Source of the DNA: Candidatus Zixiibacteriota bacterium
Lineage (GTDB): Bacteria; Zixibacteria; MSB-5A5; GN15; FEB-12
Length of the DNA stretch: 64,000 nucleotides
Direction of reading: 5' to 3'
Assembly: GCA_029860345.1 (NCBI GenBank)
Contig: JAOUBJ010000004.1
Location: 202,943-266,942, forward strand
Part shown: positions 19,747 to 30,033 of the stretch, in pieces
Layout: the number at the start of each line of letters is the position of its first letter
Position numbering within the stretch: position 1 is the stretch's first letter
The notes under the pieces: model-generated
What the model was told of the DNA's origin: nothing
The model's database searches: none
What the model saw: the letters and a program-made list of their open reading frames with translations, nothing else
Position numbers and translations under genes: made by a program

Positions 19747-20369
19747 TCCAGAATCCCCCGCTTGATTTCAATACGAAGGAGCTGCTCAGTCGGTTCCATG
19801 GCGCATCCGATCTGCAAGGGTTCTTCGATCTGCTCATGGCCGAGAACCAGCGAATCAATCTTGTTTCACGTGAAACAAATCAGGAAGACTTGAGAAGATT
19901 GTCTACCGAATCGTTGGCGCCCATGGAACAGATAGCCCAACCCGGTTTTCACAGGTATCTTGATATCGGCTCTGGTGGCGGATTTCCGGCCATTGTGATT
20001 CTCCTGGCGGCCCGGGCCGGCCGTTTTCGAATTGAGCAGAGCGTGCTGGTGGAGCGTCGTCAACGTCGTGCCGACGCTTTGGGCCGAATCGTTAAGCAGC
20101 TTAATCTCCCGGCCGAAATCAGCCCCCACGATTTCATCCCCGGCGTTCCGGACGGTAGATTCGATTTGATCACACTGCGCTATGTTAAACTGACGCCATC
20201 CTTGTGGCGACTGATCAGCAACGCTCTGACCGATGCCGGTTGTTTTGTTTATTACTCCAAACCGGAATTCGAGATCGACTCCTCGCAGTATACCACTATT
20301 GTCCAGCCGTTTACTTTGAACGGCGCGGAACCTATCAAGAACTACACAATAGTGCGAAAAAACTGCTGA
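19743..20369 (+). CDS. rsmG: 16S rRNA (guanine527-N7)-methyltransferase RsmG (GidB)
   Basis: 208 aa; SAM motif [13 protein letters not shown]; 4-nt overlap with mnmG. Confidence 0.88.
   Translation: MIQNPPLDFNTKELLSRFHGASDLQGFFDLLMAENQRINLVSRETNQEDLRRLSTESLAPMEQIAQPGFHRYLDIGSGGGFPAIVILLAARAGRFRIEQSVLVERRQRRADALGRIVKQLNLPAEISPHDFIPGVPDGRFDLITLRYVKLTPSLWRLISNALTDAGCFVYYSKPEFEIDSSQYTTIVQPFTLNGAEPIKNYTIVRKNC
19862..19877. promoter_or_regulatory. parS centromere site (perfect 16-bp palindrome)
   Basis: TGTTTCACGTGAAACA, a match to the widely conserved ParB-binding consensus tGTTtCACGTGAAAca. It lies inside the rsmG coding sequence, 0.6 kb upstream of parA. Confidence 0.75.
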
Positions 20370-20455
20370 GCAAGGTCGGTTTTTGTTGCGCGCACCGTCG
20401 CAACCTGGTAATATCATTTCGAATAGCAGGATGTTGCGATAACAAGGAGTGTTTC

Positions 20456-21214
20456 TTGGGCAAAATAATAGCCATAGCCAACCAAAAAGGTGGCGTGGGC
20501 AAAACAACCACCGCCGTCAACTTAAGTTCCTGCCTGGCCGCCGCCGAGTGCAAAACCTGCCTGGTCGATATGGACCCGCAGGCCAACTCTACTTCCGGGC
20601 TGGGCATCGACAAAAATAACATCGAGTCGTCAGTCTACGATATCCTCCTTGGCTCCAAATCCACCGGTGAGGCGATCGTGGCCAGCGAACTCGAATACTT
20701 GAACCTGATACCTGCATCGATATCGCTGGTTGGGGCCGAAGTGGAGCTGGTCAATGTGATGTCACGCGAACAACGTCTCAAGTCTGCACTGGCGCAAATC
20801 ATCGATGATTACAAGTACATCGTGATCGACTGTCCACCCTCGCTGGGACTATTGACCATCAACACCCTCACCGCCGCCGACGCGGTGATTATTCCCATTC
20901 AGTGTGAGTACTACGCTATGGAGGGGTTGGGGCAGTTGATGAATACGATCAAGCTGGTGCGCGAACATCTCAACCCGGAATTGGCCGTTGACGGTGTCTT
21001 GCTGACTATGTTTGACGGACGTCTCAATTTGTCGAGACAGGTATCCGAAGAAGTCCGCGGTTTTTTCGACAGCAAAGTGTATGACACTGTCATCAATCGC
21101 AACGTGCGATTGTCCGAAGCGCCGTCATTCGGCAAACCGATCATCTTGTATGACATCCTCTGCACCGGTGCGGAGAACTACATGGCCTTGACTAAAGAGG
21201 TAATGGCACAATGA
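20456..21214 (+). CDS. parA: chromosome partitioning ATPase ParA/Soj
   Basis: TTG start at 20456, 6 nt after AAGGAG (20444..20449): [23 protein letters not shown] (deviant Walker A). The longer track ORF starting at 20204 overlaps rsmG and is rejected. Confidence 0.9.
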   Translation: MGKIIAIANQKGGVGKTTTAVNLSSCLAAAECKTCLVDMDPQANSTSGLGIDKNNIESSVYDILLGSKSTGEAIVASELEYLNLIPASISLVGAEVELVNVMSREQRLKSALAQIIDDYKYIVIDCPPSLGLLTINTLTAADAVIIPIQCEYYAMEGLGQLMNTIKLVREHLNPELAVDGVLLTMFDGRLNLSRQVSEEVRGFFDSKVYDTVINRNVRLSEAPSFGKPIILYDILCTGAENYMALTKEVMAQ

Positions 21215-22062
21215 GTAAAGTTGTTTTAGGCAAAGGTCTCGAAGCGTTGATACCAAGTGATCGCGGCGTCGGTGACACTGATCAATCATCTCAGCAGGTG
21301 GTACCCCTTGACAGACTGGCGCCGAATCCGTTGCAGCCGCGTAGAGATTTTGATGAGACGGCTCTTGAGCAACTGGCCGAATCGTTCAAGCGTCATGGCG
21401 TGGTCCAGCCGTTGGTAGTGAAGTCGGACGGCGCCGGCTATATTATCATCGCCGGGGAGCGTCGCTACCGCGCAGCCAAACTTGCCGGCCTGACCGAAGT
21501 GCCGGTGATCATGATGCAAGCGGCCGACGACACCAGTATGCTGGAACTGGCCCTGGTGGAGAATCTTCAGCGTGAGGACCTCAACCCGATCGAAACGGCC
21601 GAGGCGTATCACGCCCTCATCGAAAAGTGTGGCCTCACTCAGGGACAACTGGCCGCCCGTGTCGGCAAGAGCCGCGTGGCCGTGACCAATCTGCTGAGAT
21701 TGATGAGCCTGCCGGAGAAAATCAAAAACATGCTGCGCCAAGGAAGACTGACCGAGGGTCATGCCCGGGCCGTTCTGTCGTTTGATAATGAAGCTGAAAT
21801 GATGCGGCAGGCGCAGCGTATCATAGATGAATCACTCTCTGTTCGTGATGTCGAACGTTCGGCCGGTCGCGTTACCAAACGACGACTGACACCCAAGCGG
21901 AGAATGCCGGCCATCATGGACGCCGAGACTTTTCTAAAACAAACTTTGGGAACCTCGGTGAAGATCCATCATGGTTTGAGAAGAAAGAAAATCGAGATCG
22001 ATTATTATTCCGACGATGACCTGGATCGGTTGCTCGATCTGTTTCGCAAGATCGTCGGATGA
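21211..22062 (+). CDS. parB: chromosome partitioning protein ParB/Spo0J
   Basis: 283 aa with the ParB box [13 protein letters not shown], an HTH region, and a 4-nt overlap with parA. Confidence 0.9.
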   Translation: MSKVVLGKGLEALIPSDRGVGDTDQSSQQVVPLDRLAPNPLQPRRDFDETALEQLAESFKRHGVVQPLVVKSDGAGYIIIAGERRYRAAKLAGLTEVPVIMMQAADDTSMLELALVENLQREDLNPIETAEAYHALIEKCGLTQGQLAARVGKSRVAVTNLLRLMSLPEKIKNMLRQGRLTEGHARAVLSFDNEAEMMRQAQRIIDESLSVRDVERSAGRVTKRRLTPKRRMPAIMDAETFLKQTLGTSVKIHHGLRRKKIEIDYYSDDDLDRLLDLFRKIVG

Positions 22063-22189
22063 ACCGGTGCCATTGTGACAATGGTGAGTGTGAGTTGCTG
22101 CGCCCTGATGAGATATGTATCGACATGGAAGTTGCATGCAAGAACAAGAACTGCTTTCGACCGGTTTGTTTTCGTGAGTGCGATCGGTC

Positions 22190-22975
22190 ATGAAAGCGAC
22201 CCGGTATATCACTGTTATGTTTATCCCCGACGGCGCCGAAGCTCGTCGTGGATATCGCGTCCGGGCCTGGGTGCTCAAGGCGGTTTTGTGGGCATTGGCC
22301 ATTCTTTTGGTGGGGCAGGTGTTCTTTTTCGCATTCTATGCCGATGTATTAAAACGTGCAGCACTCACCGACAAATTGGCCGCCGAGAACGAAGGCCTGC
22401 TCAGGTATCAGTATAAAGTGCAGATACTGGAAAACAACATGAACGAAGCGCGAGAGGTTGTAAAGCAGATAGCCGAACTGGCCGGTATAGAATATCGGTT
22501 GCCGGAACTGCTGGATGACTCCACCCTGTTTGCGAGTATCGATCATACCACTGGTGCGATACTGAACCGGGAGGCCGGACCGGATCTTAGCTGGCCGTCG
22601 GGCTTACCGATTCAGGGCTTTATCACGCAAGATTTCGAGTTGAGTGATTCCAGCCGGTACCACCCCGGGATCGACATCGCCTGCGCCGAAGGCACCGCCG
22701 TGCTGGCCGTGGCAATCGGAACCGTAGTGTATGCCGATTATGATTCCACCTATGGCCGACTTTTGGTGGTGCAACACAACGATTCGGTCAGCACATTATA
22801 CGGGCACAATGACAGCCTTTTGGTGGCAGTCGGAGACCGCGTGGCGGTCGGTAGTCGTATCGCACTAAGCGGTAACACCGGACAATCTACAGCCCCCCAT
22901 CTTCACTATGAAGTAAGGGTGCATGATGAACCTATAAATCCATTGGATATTCAGCATGAAAAGAAACAACATTAA
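22190..22975 (+). CDS. M23 family metallopeptidase (LytM domain), membrane anchored
   Basis: HPGIDIA...GNTGQSTAPHLHYEV motifs, plus an N-terminal TM after MKATRYITVMFIPDG. ATG at 22190 is preferred over GTG at 22178. Confidence 0.8.
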   Translation: MKATRYITVMFIPDGAEARRGYRVRAWVLKAVLWALAILLVGQVFFFAFYADVLKRAALTDKLAAENEGLLRYQYKVQILENNMNEAREVVKQIAELAGIEYRLPELLDDSTLFASIDHTTGAILNREAGPDLSWPSGLPIQGFITQDFELSDSSRYHPGIDIACAEGTAVLAVAIGTVVYADYDSTYGRLLVVQHNDSVSTLYGHNDSLLVAVGDRVAVGSRIALSGNTGQSTAPHLHYEVRVHDEPINPLDIQHEKKQH

Positions 22976-23375
22976 CGAACCGGATGGCTTGATGAACACC
23001 ATTATCGGCAAGGATACAGTTATCACCGGGACCCTCGATGTGAAGGGTGCCCTTAGGGTTGAAGGCACGGTCAAGGGTAAGATTATCAGTTCGGGTTGTG
23101 TTACGGTCGGGTCGAGCGGGCTGGTCGAAGCTGAGATTGAAGCAGAAAGCGCTATTGTCGCCGGCACCATGCGCGGCAATGTCAACACTTCTGAGAAAAT
23201 CGAGTTGCAGGCCAAGTGTGAAATGGACGGCGACCTGCGGACCAAATCTTTGGTGATCGAGGAAGGTGCGATGTTCTCAGGCGCTTGTAGCATGAAAGAC
23301 AGTCCGCCCAATTTGGGCTTTTTGGCCACCGAGCCTGAGCCGCAAGCGGCTCTTTCGTCGGATCAGGACGACTGA
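22956..23375 (+). CDS. bactofilin (polymer-forming cytoskeletal protein)
   Basis: 139 aa with a repetitive beta-helix pattern (ITGTLDVKGALRVEGTVKGKIISSGCVTVGSSGLVEAEIEAESAIVAGTMRGNV...). Overlaps the end of the M23 gene. Confidence 0.8.
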   Translation: MKRNNINEPDGLMNTIIGKDTVITGTLDVKGALRVEGTVKGKIISSGCVTVGSSGLVEAEIEAESAIVAGTMRGNVNTSEKIELQAKCEMDGDLRTKSLVIEEGAMFSGACSMKDSPPNLGFLATEPEPQAALSSDQDD

Positions 23376-24049
23376 GAGGATAGAGCATGAAAGCGGTCTG
23401 TGGACAACCGTCCCAGAATGTGGACAGCCTCATAAATGATTGCCTAATAGCCACATAAGCCCTATTACGCCAATCTGTCAAGAGACTTTTTCCACAAGGC
23501 CGCACTTTCTCTTAACTGCATGTACCCATGTCTCTTAGGCGGATTGGGATCAAGTGGAACGTTAGGCGTTTTTGATGTTATGTTGTTTTGTGGCAATGCA
23601 TTAGATTATCCGCACCGCTGACGCAGCTACTAATCTCTGATTCATACCGTTTATCAATCGCCCTGGTTGCGCCAACTGACGTTTAGTATCTCCTAAATCT
23701 TTGTCTGAATACCAGCTATGCAAAAGAATTTGGATATTAATACCCATGTTCACTCCCTCGCCGCGCACATGTATCGGTGATGCCGACTTCGCTCCACAGT
23801 TTTGTGAACATGCGCGGTCGGGTTCTTTCCACCTAAATATCAGACACATAGACCCATATTTAAGGGTGGCTTGAAAAACCAAGAATCCTGCATACGTCAT
23901 CGATCAAGCTGCCACCTACAGTTCGCACCGGGTTGATTTTCTCAGGCGGAATTTGTATCTTCGGTCGACATTTGCGTATAAGCCTTATAGCTCCGCCTGA
24001 TTACGGGTGGCTAAAGCCGTGAAAGAGTAAACAACCGCCGGAGGAATAA

Positions 24050-25057
<1,008 letters not shown>

Positions 25058-25090
25058 CCAGATCAGGCATAACCAAACCCTCAGCACGAA

Positions 25091-25687
25091 ATGAAAGAGA
25101 GTTCTTTCATACGCAGGACATTGTTGACAAAATCGATAGTTGTTGCCTGTGTTTTGGCGGCTTGCGGTCGCTTCCCCCCGGGCCATACGTGGTACTACTG
25201 GCCGCCGGACCGAACTAACCCTACGGTTGAGTTTGGCGATTACCGTATTGAATTATCTATGCGTGACTGGAATGTAAAGCAGCTAAGAGACAAAGAGGTG
25301 TTCGACGTGGGTATAGCCCTGGTAAGCGAGTATATGATTGAACCCCCGGACTCTCTTATCATCAAAGAAGAACGCTACCATCCGAGATACTATCCTAAGG
25401 TCGTACTAGAATTCGTGAGTTTCTGCGTTCAGTTTCCCGATCTGACCCGCGAGAAAATGTGTCCACAATTGAAGCATCAATGTGACAAGTATTTGTGGAA
25501 GAACCATGGCAGGTGGAACGGGACCGAGGCTCATGGAGGCATCGATATGGTGAAGAAGGATAGCATAATCACCGCTGGATTCACCGCCAGGCTAGTGGAC
25601 ACTCTGGCGCAAACAGTTGTGGCCGAGGAGTCATGGTTCTTTGAATTGAAATTGGTCAAGGATAGATACTGGTACTTTATGAGGTAA
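25091..25687 (+). CDS. hypothetical lipoprotein
   Basis: 198 aa with a lipobox-like VLAAC after a hydrophobic N-terminus. No recognisable domain. AT-richer than its neighbours. Confidence 0.5.
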   Translation: MKESSFIRRTLLTKSIVVACVLAACGRFPPGHTWYYWPPDRTNPTVEFGDYRIELSMRDWNVKQLRDKEVFDVGIALVSEYMIEPPDSLIIKEERYHPRYYPKVVLEFVSFCVQFPDLTREKMCPQLKHQCDKYLWKNHGRWNGTEAHGGIDMVKKDSIITAGFTARLVDTLAQTVVAEESWFFELKLVKDRYWYFMR

Positions 25688-25788
25688 GAATATCCTCCAA
25701 CCAGCTGCCTAATGAAGGAAGCCCCTGCGAACCAAAGAACAGATTGTCAGCTCAAACCGATTCACTACTAGTTACGTTTCTCTTTGAA

Positions 25789-26742
25789 ATGACCAAACCC
25801 TGTGGCATAGTCATACACGGTGGCGCCGGCACCATTCTCCAGTCCAAAATGACACCGGAGAAAGAAGCCTGTATCCGTGAGACCCTGACCGAGGCGTTGT
25901 ATGTAGGCATCGCGGTGCTGCAAAAAGGGCATGGTGCGCTTGGCGCGGTGCAGAAAGCGGTCAACGTCATGGAAAACTCACCGCTGTTCAACGCCGGACG
26001 TGGCGCTGTCTTCACGCACGACGGTATCAACGAGCAGGATGCTACTATCATGGATGGTTTCACCGGTAAGGCGGGCGCGGTGGCCGGGGTCAGGCGGATC
26101 GCTAACCCGATCGACCTGGCCAAACAAGTCATGTGTCATTCCCCGCATGTCTTGCTGATGGGCGAGGGGGCTGAACAGTTCGCGGTCGAGCAGGGTTTCA
26201 AGCTGGTTGACAAAGATTACTTCTACACCGACCAGCGTTGGGAGCAGTTGCAGGCTTTACTGGCGAAAGAGCAGGCAGCGGGCGAGAACAAAAAGGGTGG
26301 CTTGCCACTTGCTCTTTCTGAAGACGACAAGCACGGCACGGTCGGTGCGGTGGCGCTGGATAAGATGGGCGGCCTGGCTGCGGCGACATCGTCGGGCGGC
26401 ATGACCAACAAACGGTACGGACGAGTGGGCGACTCATCTTGTGTTGGCGCCGGAACTTATGCTGACAAGTTGTGCGCCGTCAGTACCACCGGGCATGGTG
26501 AGTTTTTCATGCGCGGGGTGGTGGCCTACGACATAGCGGCCCGGATGCGTTACGGTGGGATGTCGCTTTCACAAGCTGCCGAAGCATCGGTGCAAACAAG
26601 CCTGACCGACCGCGAGGGAACAGGCGGGCTGATAGCGATTGACAAAGACGGAAATTTCGCTCTCCCCTTCAACACCGAGGGCATGTACCGCGGGCATCTG
26701 ATGCAGGGCACCGAACCGGTGGTGAAGATTTTCAGAGAGTAG
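25789..26742 (+). CDS. isoaspartyl peptidase / L-asparaginase (Ntn hydrolase)
   Basis: MTKPCGIVIHGGAGT..., HGTVGAVALD (autoprocessing Thr), TTGHGEFFMR. ATG at 25789 is preferred to the TTG at 25744. Confidence 0.85.
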   Translation: MTKPCGIVIHGGAGTILQSKMTPEKEACIRETLTEALYVGIAVLQKGHGALGAVQKAVNVMENSPLFNAGRGAVFTHDGINEQDATIMDGFTGKAGAVAGVRRIANPIDLAKQVMCHSPHVLLMGEGAEQFAVEQGFKLVDKDYFYTDQRWEQLQALLAKEQAAGENKKGGLPLALSEDDKHGTVGAVALDKMGGLAAATSSGGMTNKRYGRVGDSSCVGAGTYADKLCAVSTTGHGEFFMRGVVAYDIAARMRYGGMSLSQAAEASVQTSLTDREGTGGLIAIDKDGNFALPFNTEGMYRGHLMQGTEPVVKIFRE

Positions 26743-26789
26743 CAAGCTACTCGATTCAGAGAGGCGAACGACAAGAGGAGAGAGTAAAC

Positions 26790-27692
26790 GTGATTGATTT
26801 CAGGGAAGGCGTGTCAAAAATAGAGGCATCTGTGTTCGGCATAGGCGATCACGACGGACCTCAATTCAACATTTTTGGAACAGGTTTTGTCATCCATGAG
26901 GACGGTTGGATTCTTACTAACAAACATGTGCTGGAGCCACTGTTAAGAACTGATGATGAAGGGAATGTGTCCATCAGGCCTGAATCACGAGCTCTGAACT
27001 TCGTCGTAATGGACGGAGAGGATAGCACGTTCCCACAAATTGGCTTTGCAAATACAAGAATCAAAGACCTTAGGTGGATTGATGACCCGCCAGCGTCCAA
27101 CCCGGTTAACGCTAGGGATAGTGTAGATTTTGAAGGACAAAGAGCCGATCTTGTGCTTCCGCCCGCAGCTCCCGATATCGGAATCTGCAGAATGGACTTG
27201 ACGGAGCCACCCTTCGATTCCATTGCTCTGAGACCCGTTAAGATAGTTTTGTCAGACAACCTACACGTTGGTACACCCGTCGGTATTCTCGGCTTTCCCC
27301 AAGGTTTGGATGGTCCGGTAGTTGACACTATAGCCGATTTACAATGTTGCCCTATCCTCCAAACAGGATGCCTTGCTGGCATTCTACCTCACCCTAAGTT
27401 GGCAATACAGACTCAGCTACTGCTGGACATCTATATCAACGGCGGCAGCAGTGGATCACCGGTCTTCACAGTTGATGGGGATGTAGTGGGTGTGGTCTTT
27501 GCCTCACGAATAGAGTTTACTCCTATGGTCGAACTTTTGGAAAACCAAGATGAGAGAGAGCACGAGAGATTTGGTGTCCACCAGGAAACGTCTTTGGGTT
27601 GTGCAGTCCCAACCAGCGCTTTTTCGAAACAACTAAACGAGTTGCTCCCCGGTCTCATCGACATACCTGAGGAAGGAAAGTCAGTCGGTTGA
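26790..27692 (+). CDS. trypsin-like (S1/Trypsin_2) serine protease without signal peptide
   Basis: GTGFVIHEDGWILTNKHV (His) and GGSSGSPVF (Ser). GTG start. No N-terminal hydrophobic segment. Lower GC than its surroundings. Confidence 0.7.
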   Translation: MIDFREGVSKIEASVFGIGDHDGPQFNIFGTGFVIHEDGWILTNKHVLEPLLRTDDEGNVSIRPESRALNFVVMDGEDSTFPQIGFANTRIKDLRWIDDPPASNPVNARDSVDFEGQRADLVLPPAAPDIGICRMDLTEPPFDSIALRPVKIVLSDNLHVGTPVGILGFPQGLDGPVVDTIADLQCCPILQTGCLAGILPHPKLAIQTQLLLDIYINGGSSGSPVFTVDGDVVGVVFASRIEFTPMVELLENQDEREHERFGVHQETSLGCAVPTSAFSKQLNELLPGLIDIPEEGKSVG

Positions 27693-27851
27693 CGCCACCG
27701 CGTCAGGTCACACGTTCGCCTGAGGCGATCGCAAGACCTGACGCAACAAGAGATGAAAACCGGCACCGACGATTAATCCTTTTCTGTCGCTACCATGTCC
27801 TATTACCGACAACACAAATAGGACAGACCACTTCTCGCAGGGAGTCGAAAC

Positions 27852-29315
27852 ATGAAACCGACGAGCGTACATCAACGAATCACGACCACCGCTTTGATGA
27901 TAGTCTGTCTGGCTCTGCCCGACGGGACGTTTGGCTATTCCTGTGGTGATATAGACGGTGGCGACAACGGTACCGACATCGCAGACCTGGTTTGGCTGGT
28001 CGACTACATGTTCACCGGCGGCCCGCCGCCGCCTGAAATGGATGTAGCCAATGTCGACGGCTTGAATGGAATAGATATTTCCGATTTAGTCTACCTGGTT
28101 GACTTTATGTTCAACAGTGGACCGGAACCTACCTGCGCCCCGATCAACAACGACCTCACCTATGTCGTGGTCGGCACCAATCAGACGACGTGCTATAACA
28201 ACAGTAGCGAGATAGCTTGTCCCGATTCCGGCCAGTCGTTTTATGGTCAGAACGGCCAGTATCCAGGCAACCCACCGGCCTATCTCGATAACGGCGACAG
28301 CACCATCACTGATCTGGTGACGGGTCTGATGTGGCAGAAAAGTGCCGACATGGACGGTGACTCAGACATCGATGCCGATGACAAAGTGACTTACGATGAG
28401 GCGGTGGCAGGGGCGAGCAGTTTCAGTCTGGCCGGTCATACCGACTGGCGGCTGCCGACCATCAAAGAACAGTACTCGCTGATTCTGTTCAGTGGTCTGG
28501 ACCCCAGCGGTTATGAGGGCGACCCCAGCCTGTTGGTTCCGTTCATAGACACTGCTTTTTTCGATTTCGGCTGGGGGGATGAGTCGGCCGGGGAGCGACT
28601 GATTGATGCGCAATATGTTTCCAGCACGATGTATGATACGACCACGATGATCAATGACGAAACTGCTTTCGGCGTGAATTTCGCGGATGGACGTATCAAG
28701 GGCTATGGCCTGACCCTGTTTGGATCGGACAAGACTTTCTATGTCAAGTATGTCCGGGGTAACGCAAACTACGGCATCAATGACTTCGTCGACAACTTCG
28801 ACGGCACAATCACCGATAATGCTACCGGTCTCATCTGGCAACAGACCGACAGTGACTCGGCTCTGAACTGGGAGGAAGCACTGGATTATGCCGAGAATCT
28901 TGTGCACGCGGGACACGACAACTGGCGACTACCCAGTGTTAAGGAATTGCAGAGTATTGTCGACTATTCTCGTTCGCCCTTGACCACCGGTTCAGCCGCG
29001 ATTGACCCGTTATTCTACTGCTCCCAGATTACCGACGAAGGTGGCGGTACCGACTACCCGTACTATTGGTCGAGCACTACCCATGAGAACATGATGAATG
29101 GTGGCAGCGCGGCTTACGTTAGTTTTGGTCAGGCCTTTGGCTGGATGCAGATTCCACCCGGCAGCCCATGGCAGTTACTGGACGTTCATGGCGCCGGCGC
29201 GCAACGCTCGGACCCCAAGGCCGGTGACCCCAACGACTGGCCGTATGGACACGGTCCGCAGGGTGATGTTATCCGTATTTATAACCATGTCCGCTGTGTC
29301 CGAGATACGGAGTGA
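27852..29315 (+). CDS. secreted protein with dockerin-like Ca-binding repeats and two DUF1566 (Lcl C-terminal-like) modules
   Basis: Signal-like N-terminus; DIDGGDNGTDIADLVWLVDYMF and NVDGLNGIDISDLVYLVDFMF; WRLPTIKEQYSL and WRLPSVKELQSI. Confidence 0.7.
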   Translation: MKPTSVHQRITTTALMIVCLALPDGTFGYSCGDIDGGDNGTDIADLVWLVDYMFTGGPPPPEMDVANVDGLNGIDISDLVYLVDFMFNSGPEPTCAPINNDLTYVVVGTNQTTCYNNSSEIACPDSGQSFYGQNGQYPGNPPAYLDNGDSTITDLVTGLMWQKSADMDGDSDIDADDKVTYDEAVAGASSFSLAGHTDWRLPTIKEQYSLILFSGLDPSGYEGDPSLLVPFIDTAFFDFGWGDESAGERLIDAQYVSSTMYDTTTMINDETAFGVNFADGRIKGYGLTLFGSDKTFYVKYVRGNANYGINDFVDNFDGTITDNATGLIWQQTDSDSALNWEEALDYAENLVHAGHDNWRLPSVKELQSIVDYSRSPLTTGSAAIDPLFYCSQITDEGGGTDYPYYWSSTTHENMMNGGSAAYVSFGQAFGWMQIPPGSPWQLLDVHGAGAQRSDPKAGDPNDWPYGHGPQGDVIRIYNHVRCVRDTE

Positions 29316-29416
29316 TAAATCACTCTCTTGCGCTTCGCGGTTGACGACGCACGTTTCGCCGGGTCTTGCACTCGACGAAGTCGAGGGTGTGACCCGGCGA
29401 TTAATACGACGATACA

Positions 29417-29869
29417 ATGACAGACTTATCAAAGATCAAACTCCGCCCCGCAACTGCTGAAGATGCCGAGTTTGGATTTGAGACACTGAGACAGGCGCTT
29501 GGCGATTATATCGAGTCGACCTGGGGATGGGACGAAGACTTCCAGCGACAACAATTCTCGCGCCGGTGGGCCAGCGGACTACAGAAGATTATCACATTAG
29601 GCGAACAAGATATCGGCGCCTTGTCGGTTGACCGTCGACCGGACTGTATCAAATTCAACTCAATTTACATTCGACCGGAATTCCAGAACCAGGGCATCGG
29701 TACGCATCTTGTTCAGGAACTGATTCGGGAAGCAGCCGCTGCACAGAAACCGATTCGGCTGCGTGTTCTCAAAGTCAATCCGGTCATCAGCCTCTATCTA
29801 CGGCTGGGATTTTGCACTACATCGGAAACAGAAAACCACTTTGTGATGGAGTACGTCACAGTGGAGTAG
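29417..29869 (+). CDS. GNAT family N-acetyltransferase
   Basis: 150 aa with motif A IRPEFQNQGIGTHLV. Confidence 0.75.
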   Translation: MTDLSKIKLRPATAEDAEFGFETLRQALGDYIESTWGWDEDFQRQQFSRRWASGLQKIITLGEQDIGALSVDRRPDCIKFNSIYIRPEFQNQGIGTHLVQELIREAAAAQKPIRLRVLKVNPVISLYLRLGFCTTSETENHFVMEYVTVE

Positions 29870-30033
29870 GTCAGGAGCCCTGCGCTCCTGACATTGGTAG
29901 GGTGGGTCCGACTTCGAACCCGCCTTTACCGACAGGTCTCCAAGAGAAGAGAGACCTGCCCTACTGAAGAAGCTGCGTCCCTATCCCCGCTTTTCCTGTG
30001 GGCTTTCCGGCGGCTCTGCCGTATAATAGTCCA

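Noticed and set aside
20204-20455. Long N-terminal extension of parA
   Set aside because: It overlaps rsmG in another frame. A TTG with a well-spaced AAGGAG lies immediately before the Walker A region.
23601-23900. 99-aa minus-strand ORF as a gene
   Set aside because: It has no RBS, an odd composition, and sits in an AT-rich gap. No family resemblance.
29895-29925. tRNA T-arm-like CGACTTCGAACCCGCC
   Set aside because: No acceptor, D or anticodon arms can be drawn. It is a shortened inverted copy of the GGCGGGTTCA...GACGGACCCGCC repeat module.
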